64,000 nt of DNA, from the IMG/VR virus record IMGVR_UViG_3300021255_004427, positions 32,001 through 96,000 of that record. One strand, given 5' to 3'. Of this stretch, positions 40,101 to 49,500 are shown in pieces. Position 1 is the first letter of the stretch, and the number at the start of each line of letters is the position of its first letter. Source of the DNA: a virus (taxonomy: Duplodnaviria; Caudoviricetes). The notes beneath the pieces are model-generated. The model did not search any database, was not told the origin of the DNA, and saw only the letters and a program-made list of their open reading frames with translations. The translations under genes were made by a program, and so were the position numbers.

Positions 40101-43100
40101 GCGTCAAGAGACTTTCGCGCGATTTAGAAAATATGCCTGCAGAACCCTCGGCAATGATGCTGAGGGTAAACCAGACGCTGGATATGATCCAAAGATTCCG
40201 ACCGGAAATACTAAGAAATCCAGAAACAAAATATCTGGATACAGTTAACGGTCCGGCCTCTGTCGATACTCTTAATGGCCTTTCTGAAGAAAAGCAGAAA
40301 GCTATTAAAGAGAAGATGTATGATGTCAGCGGTATTGAAAAAGTATACAGTGGCAAGGAAAAAATAGAAAATCTCGTCGAGAAAATCACAGAGTCTATTT
40401 TTGAGCCAACCAGCTTATTCAATCTGAAAGATAATAAAGTTACAAAAGCCGCACAAGACGAATTAGTTAAGCATGGATATTCCCCGTGGGAAGCAGAAGA
40501 AATTATTCGTGACCGTGATAAGCGGATGGGGGCAACCAAGAGGTATTTGCGTAATGCTCTGACCCCGATTCTTAGTGCGGGTAATCAGGTAACGCACAGG
40601 TTCGATTTAAGCAGAAAACGGCTTGAGCTTATTGATGATTCCAACGGCAACGTGTTTGATATTTCTTATCTGTTGCCGATAGAACGTTATGATTCTAAGA
40701 CAGGCCGGTTCTATACACAGTTAGGCAATTCCCAAATTGCTACGCTTAAAACGCTGGGCCGTAGTATGAATGACGAAACCGGTGCGCTAGGGGATTTTGG
40801 ATTACGTACACAAATCGACATCGCGGCAGACCATTTGGCGCGATACGCAAGATACGCCAATAATACGGGGCGCACAGCAAGCGAAAACATCAGTACACTG
40901 CAGTGGGTGATGAAAAAAGCAGTTGAGCTTATTCGTCCCGACAGTGTAACAAGATACGACCATCAGGATAAACGTTTTGGCTTGATGCTCGACTTTATGC
41001 CGCTGGTAAAAGAGTTTGGCTATTTTAAGCAGACTGGTGCGTTTACCGACCTAAGCCTTAGTGAGGGGACAACTAAAGCTCTAAATGCCATGGCGAAGCG
41101 GCTCGCAAAAGAAAACGAGAACGTAGAAGCCGGCAAAAAGTCTATGGCTGTTAACGATGTAAAACCGGATGAACTCGAAGCCATTTATAAAGACTTCGAT
41201 ACCATTTTCGGCGCCTTAGCAGAAGATAGTAAGTTTTCACAAGCTGTATTTGGCAATCTGCCACAAAGCAAAAAAGAATACGCACAATCCAGATTAGCTC
41301 ATATCAACAGGCATGCCGTCAAAGATCCGAGCAGAGCGCTGGCTTCATTTACAAACACGGGGTATGATGCAACGGCTTTCGCTGGCAAAGATAATCGTTC
41401 TGTAACTGTTGTTACGGCCAGAGCTCGGACGATGGACGTAGACAGCTTCTTACGTGAAGATAAGAGTCGAAAAGAGCTTGTCCGTGGCGGCAGGATTCTC
41501 CTTACCGAAGCTGAAGAAGCCGACATGACGCATGGGCGCTACGGAACCATTCGCACGAGAGCACTGAATATTGATACTTCAGTTTACGAGTCTGTGATTG
41601 CCGCCCGCCTTGAAGACGAAGCAAGCGGTAAGGTTCAAAAGGTATTATCCAGCCTTAAAGATTCGGACGAAGTAGTCCGCTTTTTAAACGAGAATGGCTC
41701 AATAGCTAATCCGCGGCTTCTGCATTTATTCCCGAAAAATATTAATCAGAAACATCTGACGGATGGCCTTATTGATATAGATGAGCTCCAAGGCACTGCA
41801 ACTATAGAGGCAATAGAAAACGAGAAGAAGGTTCGTCGTGCCACAGAAGAAGTGGTAGAGCTTGTCCGGGAAGCGGATAAAGTCGCCTTTAAATATGCGG
41901 CTGATGGTCGCGGCTGGGAATATGTCCAGCGCGGCGATATTATTGCCTGGGATAAAAGTTATGCCGGTACTCCGTCAAAAGTACGAGCAGAGCGAGAGGG
42001 ATATCTTTATAAGCGCTACTTCATGGGAGGACGTGAAGTAGATGAAGCCGAAATCAATGATGTCCTCAATAAACATTTTGACAAATTCAAAGAGTATGGT
42101 AGGGGTGCATCTTCTAAAACCAATGCTGAAATCAGGCAAATAGCGGCAGAGATTTTATCCGGAGAAGGGTACACGCTCCGCTACATTGTTAAGTCTGGAG
42201 ACGCTCTTGGGTATCAGAAGCTCATAGACAATAAAGAAAAAGCCGTAAACGACTTTTTACTGGCCGGTCTCGGTGAAGCCGATGAAGACATTAAAAAGCT
42301 TTTAGTCCCCAAAGAAGGCGGCGTGGCGAAAAAAGTTCTTCGTCCGTCACCAGAGGCCCTGAAGGATATCGAGCACTTTAATGCTTATCTGGAAGCAAAT
42401 GGGTATCGAGCAATTGACAAAAAATCTATTGCGGATTGGGGCGAATTTAAGAAAAAGGTTATCGCCGAACAGTCAGTTAAATTTGATGCGGTAACACAAT
42501 CGTTACAAGACGCTGGCTTTGTAGATAAAGACACAATCAAAAACGGCGTGAATCGCCTCGGTATTGTTAGCACGGCAATGCTTGAACAAATGAAAGGTTC
42601 ACACCGGGAAAATGACCGTATCGAATCCCGCATTGCCGATGCAATCGACGCGCATGCTAGAGCAATAGAAGCTGACGAAAAAGCTAAGGCTAAAGCAAAA
42701 GGGATTGAGTATGCCGGTTCTTTTGAAGCTGCCTACCAAAAAGCATCCGAAGAGATCCTTGGCCAATTGCAGCAGAAAGCTGTATTTAAGGACAGGGACG
42801 GCAATAATCTTCTCGCTGGCATGGACTTGTCAGCTGAAAGAGGGCATGACGGCATTGTCCTTAGCAATGATTTGTACACCGTCGATATTAACAAGCTGGA
42901 TAAAATCGTTGGCCAATATGTAAAGGAAAACCGCGTTACGGCGGATGGTGTTAGCGAAAGTGTTCGAAAAGCGATAGCTTCTTCCATCGAGTACAACGCC
43001 GGTGTAGAGATGGATAAAAAGGAATCGGCGTTCAGGGAAGGCCGCCTATCGCAAGAAGCATACGATAAAGCAAAAGGCGATTTTCAGGATCAAATAAAAA

Positions 43101-46100
43101 AGGCTGAAAGAGTTGCCGGCGGTGACAAAAACGAAGTTCTTGGCTATCAAAAAGTATCAGGACTATCCGTAGCCGCAGATGCTGATGAGGTAGGCCTCAA
43201 TAACGGCAGCAACAGCAAAGGCGTAAAGATGACACGCCGTCTTGCCCAGAACCTTAACCAGGAGGTCATGGATGAGAAAGGGCTCGATTCGGTTCGCCTG
43301 GCTTATGAAAAGATGTTGCAGAATGCCTCAGGGGAAGAACAGCAGCAGGAGATTCTTGACCGCTTTAACAGGCGCTATAAAGACTTTGGCGTATCCGCAA
43401 AATGGAATGCGGAAGATGGCAAGCTAACGGCCACTTACAGCGAGCCGGGAAAACTACATCGCATAAATGCAGACATAATCAAGAACATGGAAGAGGAAAT
43501 AATCCGTGGTCAGGGATTTGGAGCTATATGGGGTGATGGTGTTAGTACTGGCGGGGTTCGCGGTGTTATCATAGACGGGCATGTTCACGCAGATGATATG
43601 CGCGAACTTAAACAACGTGGCATCAGTGAGAAGTCCATCAATACAATGATTAAAGCTTATGAAGAAGCCCACGGAGCTAAAATCATTGGCATGAATAACT
43701 TCCTTAACCAGTATTCTTATCAGTCTAGTGCCGCGGCCAATGAATTCAACGCCCAGATGGGAAAAGCCGAAACAGAAGCTGAACGCGCTGAATTAATCGA
43801 GCGGTTTACCAAAAACAATCCTGATTTTAATGTAAGAGGAATCTGGGAACTAAACACAGATAAGCAGTTCTTCCAAAATGACCCCCTAAACCCAAATAAT
43901 CGTAATATGATTATTGATATGGGCGAAGGCGCAGTTCAGCGCTACGTTGCTGTGCCAATGGAAAACCTTTCCATGATGGATGCAGCAAATGGAGAAGGAG
44001 TAATATCTGGTTCGGCTGTCCGCGACAATATTAGCAGCCTCCACCACTATTTCGAAGAGCAAAGATATCGCGGCGCTACAGTAAGCGAGTTTTATAAGAA
44101 CAAGTACAATGAAGGAATTAGCGATCTTCTAAAATCAATAGTAAATCTCTCGGTTCACAAAGAAGGCGCTGCAGCTCAGGTAACAAGCGATTATATTACG
44201 GGGTCTGGCACATTCAAGTCTGATATTATCCGTATGACCGCAGACAATAATTTTGAGACCATTGTTCGTAATGAAGCGGGCGAAGTTATAAACGGCAAAA
44301 AGAAAGCCTTTGGTTTGATGAATACAGCCAAAGTAGATGGGATAAGTCTTGCTGATCATATCAGGGCCGGGCACAATATTAACGCTACATTCCTTGGTGA
44401 AGACTTCTTTGTAAATGCCTTGCAGGATGACAGTTTGTCTGGAATTTTGGGGCAACTTGGTATAAAAGATAATAAAAAAATAGTCAATGACTTCCTCGAT
44501 AATATAAACGATGGCGGCGGATTAGGCTTGCAGATGAGACAGCCTGCCGAGTATAATACGTCAGTCGGTGGTTCGTATTTATTTCTTGACAGAAGCCTTT
44601 CTCGTAACCAGGCAAGAATAACGCAAAGTACGCTTGCCGGCCAGAACGGCGATAAGGATGGTGACTTGGTTTATGCACTGCTTGCCCGTGCAGATGCACA
44701 AATTAAAGTTACCGGTGTAAACGAGGACGGAGAAGAAGTTGTATTAAAATCCTTCAATGCTCGCATTAACAACCTGCAGAAAAACCTGATAGAAAATAAT
44801 CTGGATGTCGGGAATCTTGGCATTAAAGACCTGGAGAATTTCTCGGACGTAAAGATAAGTGTGGGTTTTTCCGGGAAAAACCCGTTTGAGGCATACGCAC
44901 GTTCAGCGGAAGTGATTGGTACGTCTTCACTCACAGGTATAAAAAGGGATGTACTAACGCTTAAAGACCTAGACAAAGCTATCAAGATCCGTAACGAAAA
45001 AGCAGAGACAATGGTCGCCGGCAGGGTTTGGAATTCAAATCAGTTAAGCGTGAGCGACCGCAATAAATTCAATGAAGCTTTTGAGCAGGAAATTCAGGGC
45101 AGCAAGGAATTTAACCAAGCTATTGAGGAGTACAACAAAGAGAATGGTAAATCAATAACTGCCGAAACCCTGACGGCAGATAGTTTAGCTACAAATTCTG
45201 ACGGACAGGGCATTGCAGACAGATACTTGAAAATTCGATACGGTAAAGACACTACGTCGGATGAGTATAATGCAGAGGCCGAAATTCTGGCCAACAGGGT
45301 AAATAAGCTGAATATGGATGATGAAATTGCAGCACATATGGGCAAAGAAAGAGCTGGTATTTTTAATATGAATACCTACCGCATGACCCAGGTTGCACAT
45401 ATTATCCGCGATCACGGTTTAGACAATGGCTTAACCGATGCTGACTTAAATATAATCAACCAGTTCATGGTCCATGTCAAGGAAGCTGGTCAGGTTCCTA
45501 AAAACGCGACAGCGACAGCTTCTAGTCTGGAAGGGCTCGACACGGCGCTGAAAGACTTCTGGGGTATTGGCACGGGCCGGGATGGAGTAGTCTATCAAAA
45601 ACAGGCAGACCCGACAAAGTTAAACGAACTCATTGATGAAGTTTACGCTGGAGGCATTAAGGAGTTTAAAAAACTTCCGGAACGGATGAAGGATCCGGAA
45701 ACCGGCACTGTGAGTGCTGACAGGATTAAGGAAGCTTTCAGCCATCTTATGTCTGAGGGCAATTCCCTTAATGGTGAGCTTTACAAAGCTTTGCGTGTCG
45801 GCTATGCGATGGATATGTCGTACACCAATATTGGTACGCCAGATGAAGGCGATATGCTCTACCGTGCTAATCAGATTAAAGATAAGTGGGTAGAAGACAT
45901 TGGGTTTGAAGATGCCAAGACGCAGCACGTCGATATTATGACAACTCCGTCAAGGATCGCGGGAACCTCTGAATTTAGCGACACACCGTATACCCCGGAC
46001 GAAATGATTGGAGATCTTCCGGAAGGCGAGCTGACAATGGGAGATCAGGTGCGAGGCCTGTTAAGTTCGATAAAAAAGAACTTCAAGGGGCATGGTGCGA

Positions 46101-46456
46101 TGGCCATGCTCGGTTTTGCCGGAGCCACAATGGCAATCGGTATGGCGGGTGGAGCACCTACCGCACCAACACCGACTCAAGGGCAGGCGCAGGGGATACA
46201 GCAAGAAAATGCGATTTATGAAATCCCCAGCACGATGAGTATGCAGGGGGTTCAGAGCGGGGCTAACCAGTCATACATTATCAACGTAAATGCATCCACA
46301 GATAAGGGGCGCGACTTTGCAACAAATGTAATTAATCAAGCGTTTGCCAATATGCCGCAAGGTGCCGGCGGCAACACCATGACTATGAATATCAAAGACT
46401 CGTCTAGTAATATCGGCTACAGTGATATTGCTTCATATGTCTCAGACATGTTATAG
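37148..46456 (+). CDS. Giant (3102 aa) putative single-chain two-barrel RNA polymerase with N-terminal DEDDh exonuclease domain
   Basis: RQP (aa 2464) then NGDKDGD (aa 2500-2506); beta-like elements at aa ~1512-1700; YDLE, GLNVFGYD and HAAFSD exonuclease motifs at aa 195-487. Confidence 0.65.
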   Translation: MANNIYSNRATSRLANRERQNRAAEDRLIKRSSQQYSEELRQYNEDKKASKSVTDNSLVKPVFQHPIDLEIELEILNNQALIPSMSRIANFDWAGANAVYGALPKRFNERGEVSTEVANIYEQKFLPVVGELLNSVQSPTQLSTVQSGDELLKRTIIQDAQLNYAFNHNALVKTNMQKQKKVVEHIQKTGKFIEYDLEGIGNDITEFSFIEFDTKAKTGTPVKKWMTGLTGVNPETAKELQSLIDDYRQFGFKHGDQKNGVSEADRYKLETIAKRGHKKTVVENKDGINILKSYAVNEDVLIPQVEDLERGLQGLIDDYNVIHSAKPKTYSFDGRQYQLYRDDYMMLRMLYDAKKRNIALSGLNVFGYDNAQINRKFNQATGDAYLLWKQITGTGDMNDAFLIMDKTMIHREKNDPAKILANVNGALEDIVANPGNTLNTSRGQQARYGNTIDPATGKIINGPDRYQQMMHELFNGVIYAQHAAFSDTAIQGFTTIDMLKDSSFTATVKDENGKNVANPDYIFSNSKMEPERLAKAGDIFYVQKGVMGNTAAGGMSFVVDGLSGDIRFDGVRFDAQGKLLTKENLVAPALKSNTYAMLAGVKEISVDSAIGREYGKIKGTAGAENLVALMFYQYGEAYKGDAEGRLKDLNVWVGTKTEAEEFLGSNPYVGSVVPQSAPKTLEDWRTISSTNGHIDTTGVSPSVNEKFGKRHEDGSIADLSEAVEESNITKQRDSASNWLRSLNYNKAKNALKYIKALNEEKENRKAGGSISEFAVQRLKEVAGDRKALEKAYGMLKPYEDAEEVLTQTIANATYSAGYLDKVKDILEESLELTDKLAGANAKKEVKDQYFVQIYEHALSVLAEETEGEKAKAQAGKQAAGGHPKVDNELRTYTPAQAYGQTAEGQLRTGKQARSILLDISSIMPENRSHNAGLNSQTGTFFEIDPNETEPHWGARLSKLLGTENRAVAVRKLGALISKQYGEIKGVKRLSRDLENMPAEPSAMMLRVNQTLDMIQRFRPEILRNPETKYLDTVNGPASVDTLNGLSEEKQKAIKEKMYDVSGIEKVYSGKEKIENLVEKITESIFEPTSLFNLKDNKVTKAAQDELVKHGYSPWEAEEIIRDRDKRMGATKRYLRNALTPILSAGNQVTHRFDLSRKRLELIDDSNGNVFDISYLLPIERYDSKTGRFYTQLGNSQIATLKTLGRSMNDETGALGDFGLRTQIDIAADHLARYARYANNTGRTASENISTLQWVMKKAVELIRPDSVTRYDHQDKRFGLMLDFMPLVKEFGYFKQTGAFTDLSLSEGTTKALNAMAKRLAKENENVEAGKKSMAVNDVKPDELEAIYKDFDTIFGALAEDSKFSQAVFGNLPQSKKEYAQSRLAHINRHAVKDPSRALASFTNTGYDATAFAGKDNRSVTVVTARARTMDVDSFLREDKSRKELVRGGRILLTEAEEADMTHGRYGTIRTRALNIDTSVYESVIAARLEDEASGKVQKVLSSLKDSDEVVRFLNENGSIANPRLLHLFPKNINQKHLTDGLIDIDELQGTATIEAIENEKKVRRATEEVVELVREADKVAFKYAADGRGWEYVQRGDIIAWDKSYAGTPSKVRAEREGYLYKRYFMGGREVDEAEINDVLNKHFDKFKEYGRGASSKTNAEIRQIAAEILSGEGYTLRYIVKSGDALGYQKLIDNKEKAVNDFLLAGLGEADEDIKKLLVPKEGGVAKKVLRPSPEALKDIEHFNAYLEANGYRAIDKKSIADWGEFKKKVIAEQSVKFDAVTQSLQDAGFVDKDTIKNGVNRLGIVSTAMLEQMKGSHRENDRIESRIADAIDAHARAIEADEKAKAKAKGIEYAGSFEAAYQKASEEILGQLQQKAVFKDRDGNNLLAGMDLSAERGHDGIVLSNDLYTVDINKLDKIVGQYVKENRVTADGVSESVRKAIASSIEYNAGVEMDKKESAFREGRLSQEAYDKAKGDFQDQIKKAERVAGGDKNEVLGYQKVSGLSVAADADEVGLNNGSNSKGVKMTRRLAQNLNQEVMDEKGLDSVRLAYEKMLQNASGEEQQQEILDRFNRRYKDFGVSAKWNAEDGKLTATYSEPGKLHRINADIIKNMEEEIIRGQGFGAIWGDGVSTGGVRGVIIDGHVHADDMRELKQRGISEKSINTMIKAYEEAHGAKIIGMNNFLNQYSYQSSAAANEFNAQMGKAETEAERAELIERFTKNNPDFNVRGIWELNTDKQFFQNDPLNPNNRNMIIDMGEGAVQRYVAVPMENLSMMDAANGEGVISGSAVRDNISSLHHYFEEQRYRGATVSEFYKNKYNEGISDLLKSIVNLSVHKEGAAAQVTSDYITGSGTFKSDIIRMTADNNFETIVRNEAGEVINGKKKAFGLMNTAKVDGISLADHIRAGHNINATFLGEDFFVNALQDDSLSGILGQLGIKDNKKIVNDFLDNINDGGGLGLQMRQPAEYNTSVGGSYLFLDRSLSRNQARITQSTLAGQNGDKDGDLVYALLARADAQIKVTGVNEDGEEVVLKSFNARINNLQKNLIENNLDVGNLGIKDLENFSDVKISVGFSGKNPFEAYARSAEVIGTSSLTGIKRDVLTLKDLDKAIKIRNEKAETMVAGRVWNSNQLSVSDRNKFNEAFEQEIQGSKEFNQAIEEYNKENGKSITAETLTADSLATNSDGQGIADRYLKIRYGKDTTSDEYNAEAEILANRVNKLNMDDEIAAHMGKERAGIFNMNTYRMTQVAHIIRDHGLDNGLTDADLNIINQFMVHVKEAGQVPKNATATASSLEGLDTALKDFWGIGTGRDGVVYQKQADPTKLNELIDEVYAGGIKEFKKLPERMKDPETGTVSADRIKEAFSHLMSEGNSLNGELYKALRVGYAMDMSYTNIGTPDEGDMLYRANQIKDKWVEDIGFEDAKTQHVDIMTTPSRIAGTSEFSDTPYTPDEMIGDLPEGELTMGDQVRGLLSSIKKNFKGHGAMAMLGFAGATMAIGMAGGAPTAPTPTQGQAQGIQQENAIYEIPSTMSMQGVQSGANQSYIINVNASTDKGRDFATNVINQAFANMPQGAGGNTMTMNIKDSSSNIGYSDIASYVSDML

Positions 46457-46465
46457 ACTTTACAA

Positions 46466-46499
46466 AAGACCAGGGCAATAGTTTCTGGTCTTCTTTTTT
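46466..46499 (+). terminator. Putative terminator
   Basis: AAGACCAG...CTGGTCTT followed by T-run. Confidence 0.55.
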
Positions 46500-46522
46500 A
46501 TAGAAAACTCGGAGGAAATAAA

Positions 46523-49500
46523 GTGGTAACTGATTTTATAAACCCCGCAATCGGCTTGCCGGATATGGGGGATTTTTACTACGATGCACCTGATCAGGAA
46601 TCGTATTTTGGCGAAATGGATAAAAACCTCAACTCTGTTAGGCGTGACAGAGCCAATTCTGCGGAAGCGTACAGATTCTATCAGGAAGACCCTCCGCAGC
46701 CCGGCGCCGATGAACAGGGAAAAGTCTATGTTTTTGACGTAGAACTTGGCGCAAAAGGTATCGGCGATGACAGTGAAGAAGTGGCTGGCATTAAAGTAGA
46801 CGACGGCGACACGCTTGCAATCCCCGTCGGAAGTATTCATCCAGCCGACGAGAAAAGTGAAAAATACCTGAGCTATATAAAGGGGTATACCAGCACTCAT
46901 AATAGCAGTGGAGAGGCCACGGCTGTAAATGTTCGTTTTGCGGGACTCGATACAAAGGAATTGCCCCATTATCGCAAGATTGGCATGGACGAGCTCAACC
47001 AAAAAGAGCTGTCTCAGGTAGACCTCGGCACAGCCCTTGGGAATAAAAATTATATGGTGTCCAAGTACAAAAGCTGGATGCAGACTCGCAAAACATTGGA
47101 CAAAGCTTACGACGGCTACAAAACCAAAGGCACGTTCTTTGACTATGCGCAGCCCAGTGATAGTGTTGTAAATGTGGTAAAACTGGACGACGATAAATAC
47201 CATCAGTATTTTTCTGATGGTACAAACGGCTATGTCCTTGTAGCAAATGCAACAAATGATTACAGTCCGGAAACCATTGCTGATGCAGGCATTGGTCGTG
47301 ATGTTGTAGTAAATGCGCTAAACGATGCAGAAGCTATGCGTATTGTGGTGGATGGTACGCAGATTACCCGTGATGGCGGCAACATCAAAACAATGTTTAA
47401 CACAGAACTGTACGGATCGGGATTCGAAAATGAAGCAAGACGCCAATTAGATATGCTTTTTGACTCCTATACAAAACACCAGCGCCCCGGTTTTAATACA
47501 TGGGGGCAGGATGCGTATGGCCGCTGTATTAGCGCTGTCTATGTCAAAATTAAGGGCCAGTGGATTAACCTTAACAAACTGGTTATTGCCGATACAAACA
47601 TGACGGAGATTAACAAGTATAATGATGGCGATCAGGCTTCCACAGCAATTAATCTGGATAGCTACGAATATGACAAGAAAGCCTATGCCGATAGTTTGTA
47701 CGCCGACACGAGCAAGTTTGACGATCGTGAACAGGTGCAGAAACAGATTTTTGGACAAACCTGGAAAGCCCTGAAAGATTGGACGGTTACAATTGGTGAT
47801 GTGACGCTTTTTGTACCGCCGACCAGTATTCGCACACTTACACAGACTAAGGCTGAAAGAATGCCGCTTATCCGTGCAAAAGGGTCTATGGCAAAAAGCT
47901 CGACAAAGAACCAGCGAATCATTGAGATGGACTTGTATTTCAATGAAGACCGCGGCATTAACGGCTATGAATATAAAACCAATACCCGTCCGGATAATAA
48001 AGGTAAGAATGTCACATACTGGATGAATGGGCTGCGCGCGCTGTATGCTCAGTTTCGTGTAGCACCATTTTTGCCAATAGAAAGCTATTACATCAATACT
48101 GTGTTAGGTGTAGATGCAGTTTCGCTTGTGAGTTTCTCCTGCGAGACGGTTCCTAATTTTCCTAAGCTGATAAAAGCCACAATCCAGTTGTCTGAGTTTG
48201 AGTATCGCATTTATATGCCGGAAATCCCCTTTGATGACGGCAGCGATGATGATACGGAGGTTCGTAATTACTTTAGTAAGCAGATAAACTATCCGCTGTT
48301 CCGCTACTATTACCAACGACTGCTGCGGAACGGCGAAGAGTTGAGAGGGGTTAAATTCCTCGACAAAAAGTACATCACCAGCACCTTTGGCAACAAAACA
48401 TGCCTTGTCCCAGCTAACTTCGTAGATCCGTACATTCGATTCTATGTGCCGAACAAAAATCAGTTGGAAAGATTAAAGAAGGCAAAGCTTGAACGCATGG
48501 CTCGCCCCAACACAGTTCGTGACATAACGAAGACTGAGCTTAACTTTGCCGATGAGATGGCAAAAGTAAAAAATGAGATAGATTATATTAATACCTCACA
48601 GTCGCCACTCGATAAGGTCAATGATTATTTAAAGGCGCCGGAGCTCGATGGCTATGTTCTTGCTGGCGTTAACAACCGGATGGTGATTGGTAAAGCTGGC
48701 GCGGCCGGCACTTTTGTACCGGATGAAGAGAAGACAAGAGAATTAGAAAGCCTGCTTAGTGAGGCAACAACCTACTATGAAGTGGGACTTACTTCTTTAA
48801 AAAGAGAAGATGGCCAGCCTCTTTGCCAAAAACAAGGGGCAACAACATTCGGTCCGTCTAATTCTGACGGTTCTATTTACGGCGCCTACTTTTCAATCAA
48901 TGTTGAATATCCGGATATATCCGAAGACTCTCTTAACAACTTGAGGACATTATCTTCGATTTCAGGCGTTGCCTCTGCGGACGAAACCTTTGTTAACAGA
49001 AACCTTCGTCTTAGAATGTCTGTAGACTTTGGGGAGAGTAATCTGACGTATGCGTCAAATTTGTTAAAAGGCGCCGCGCTCGGTAAGGGCGAATCCTTAT
49101 TCTACTTTGATGTTAATGCAGACTCGAGCTTCTTAAATTTCCTTGCCGAAGTAAACAATAAACAGGGGGTAGGTGGTAACGAAGACGCTAACGGCGCAAA
49201 AGCGTTAGTTGATTTTGTAAGTTCTGCTACATTAGAATTTGAGCCGTATAATGATGATGAAGACTTCTTGGTAGAAGCTATTCATATCAACACCAGCAAC
49301 ACATTTGCTCAGGTAACTCTGCAGGAAACGTCAGGGTATGCTCCTCAGTATATGGGAGGAACAGATGTATCTCTTCAGATTAGTATGTATACGCAGAGTA
49401 AAAAGGCAGCCTCTGCAATTAATGCGTTGCCGCATGTATCGGCGGAATTTGCCCGCAATTATCGATTGGTTCTGGCAGCGTGGCCATTAAAAATCGAAAC

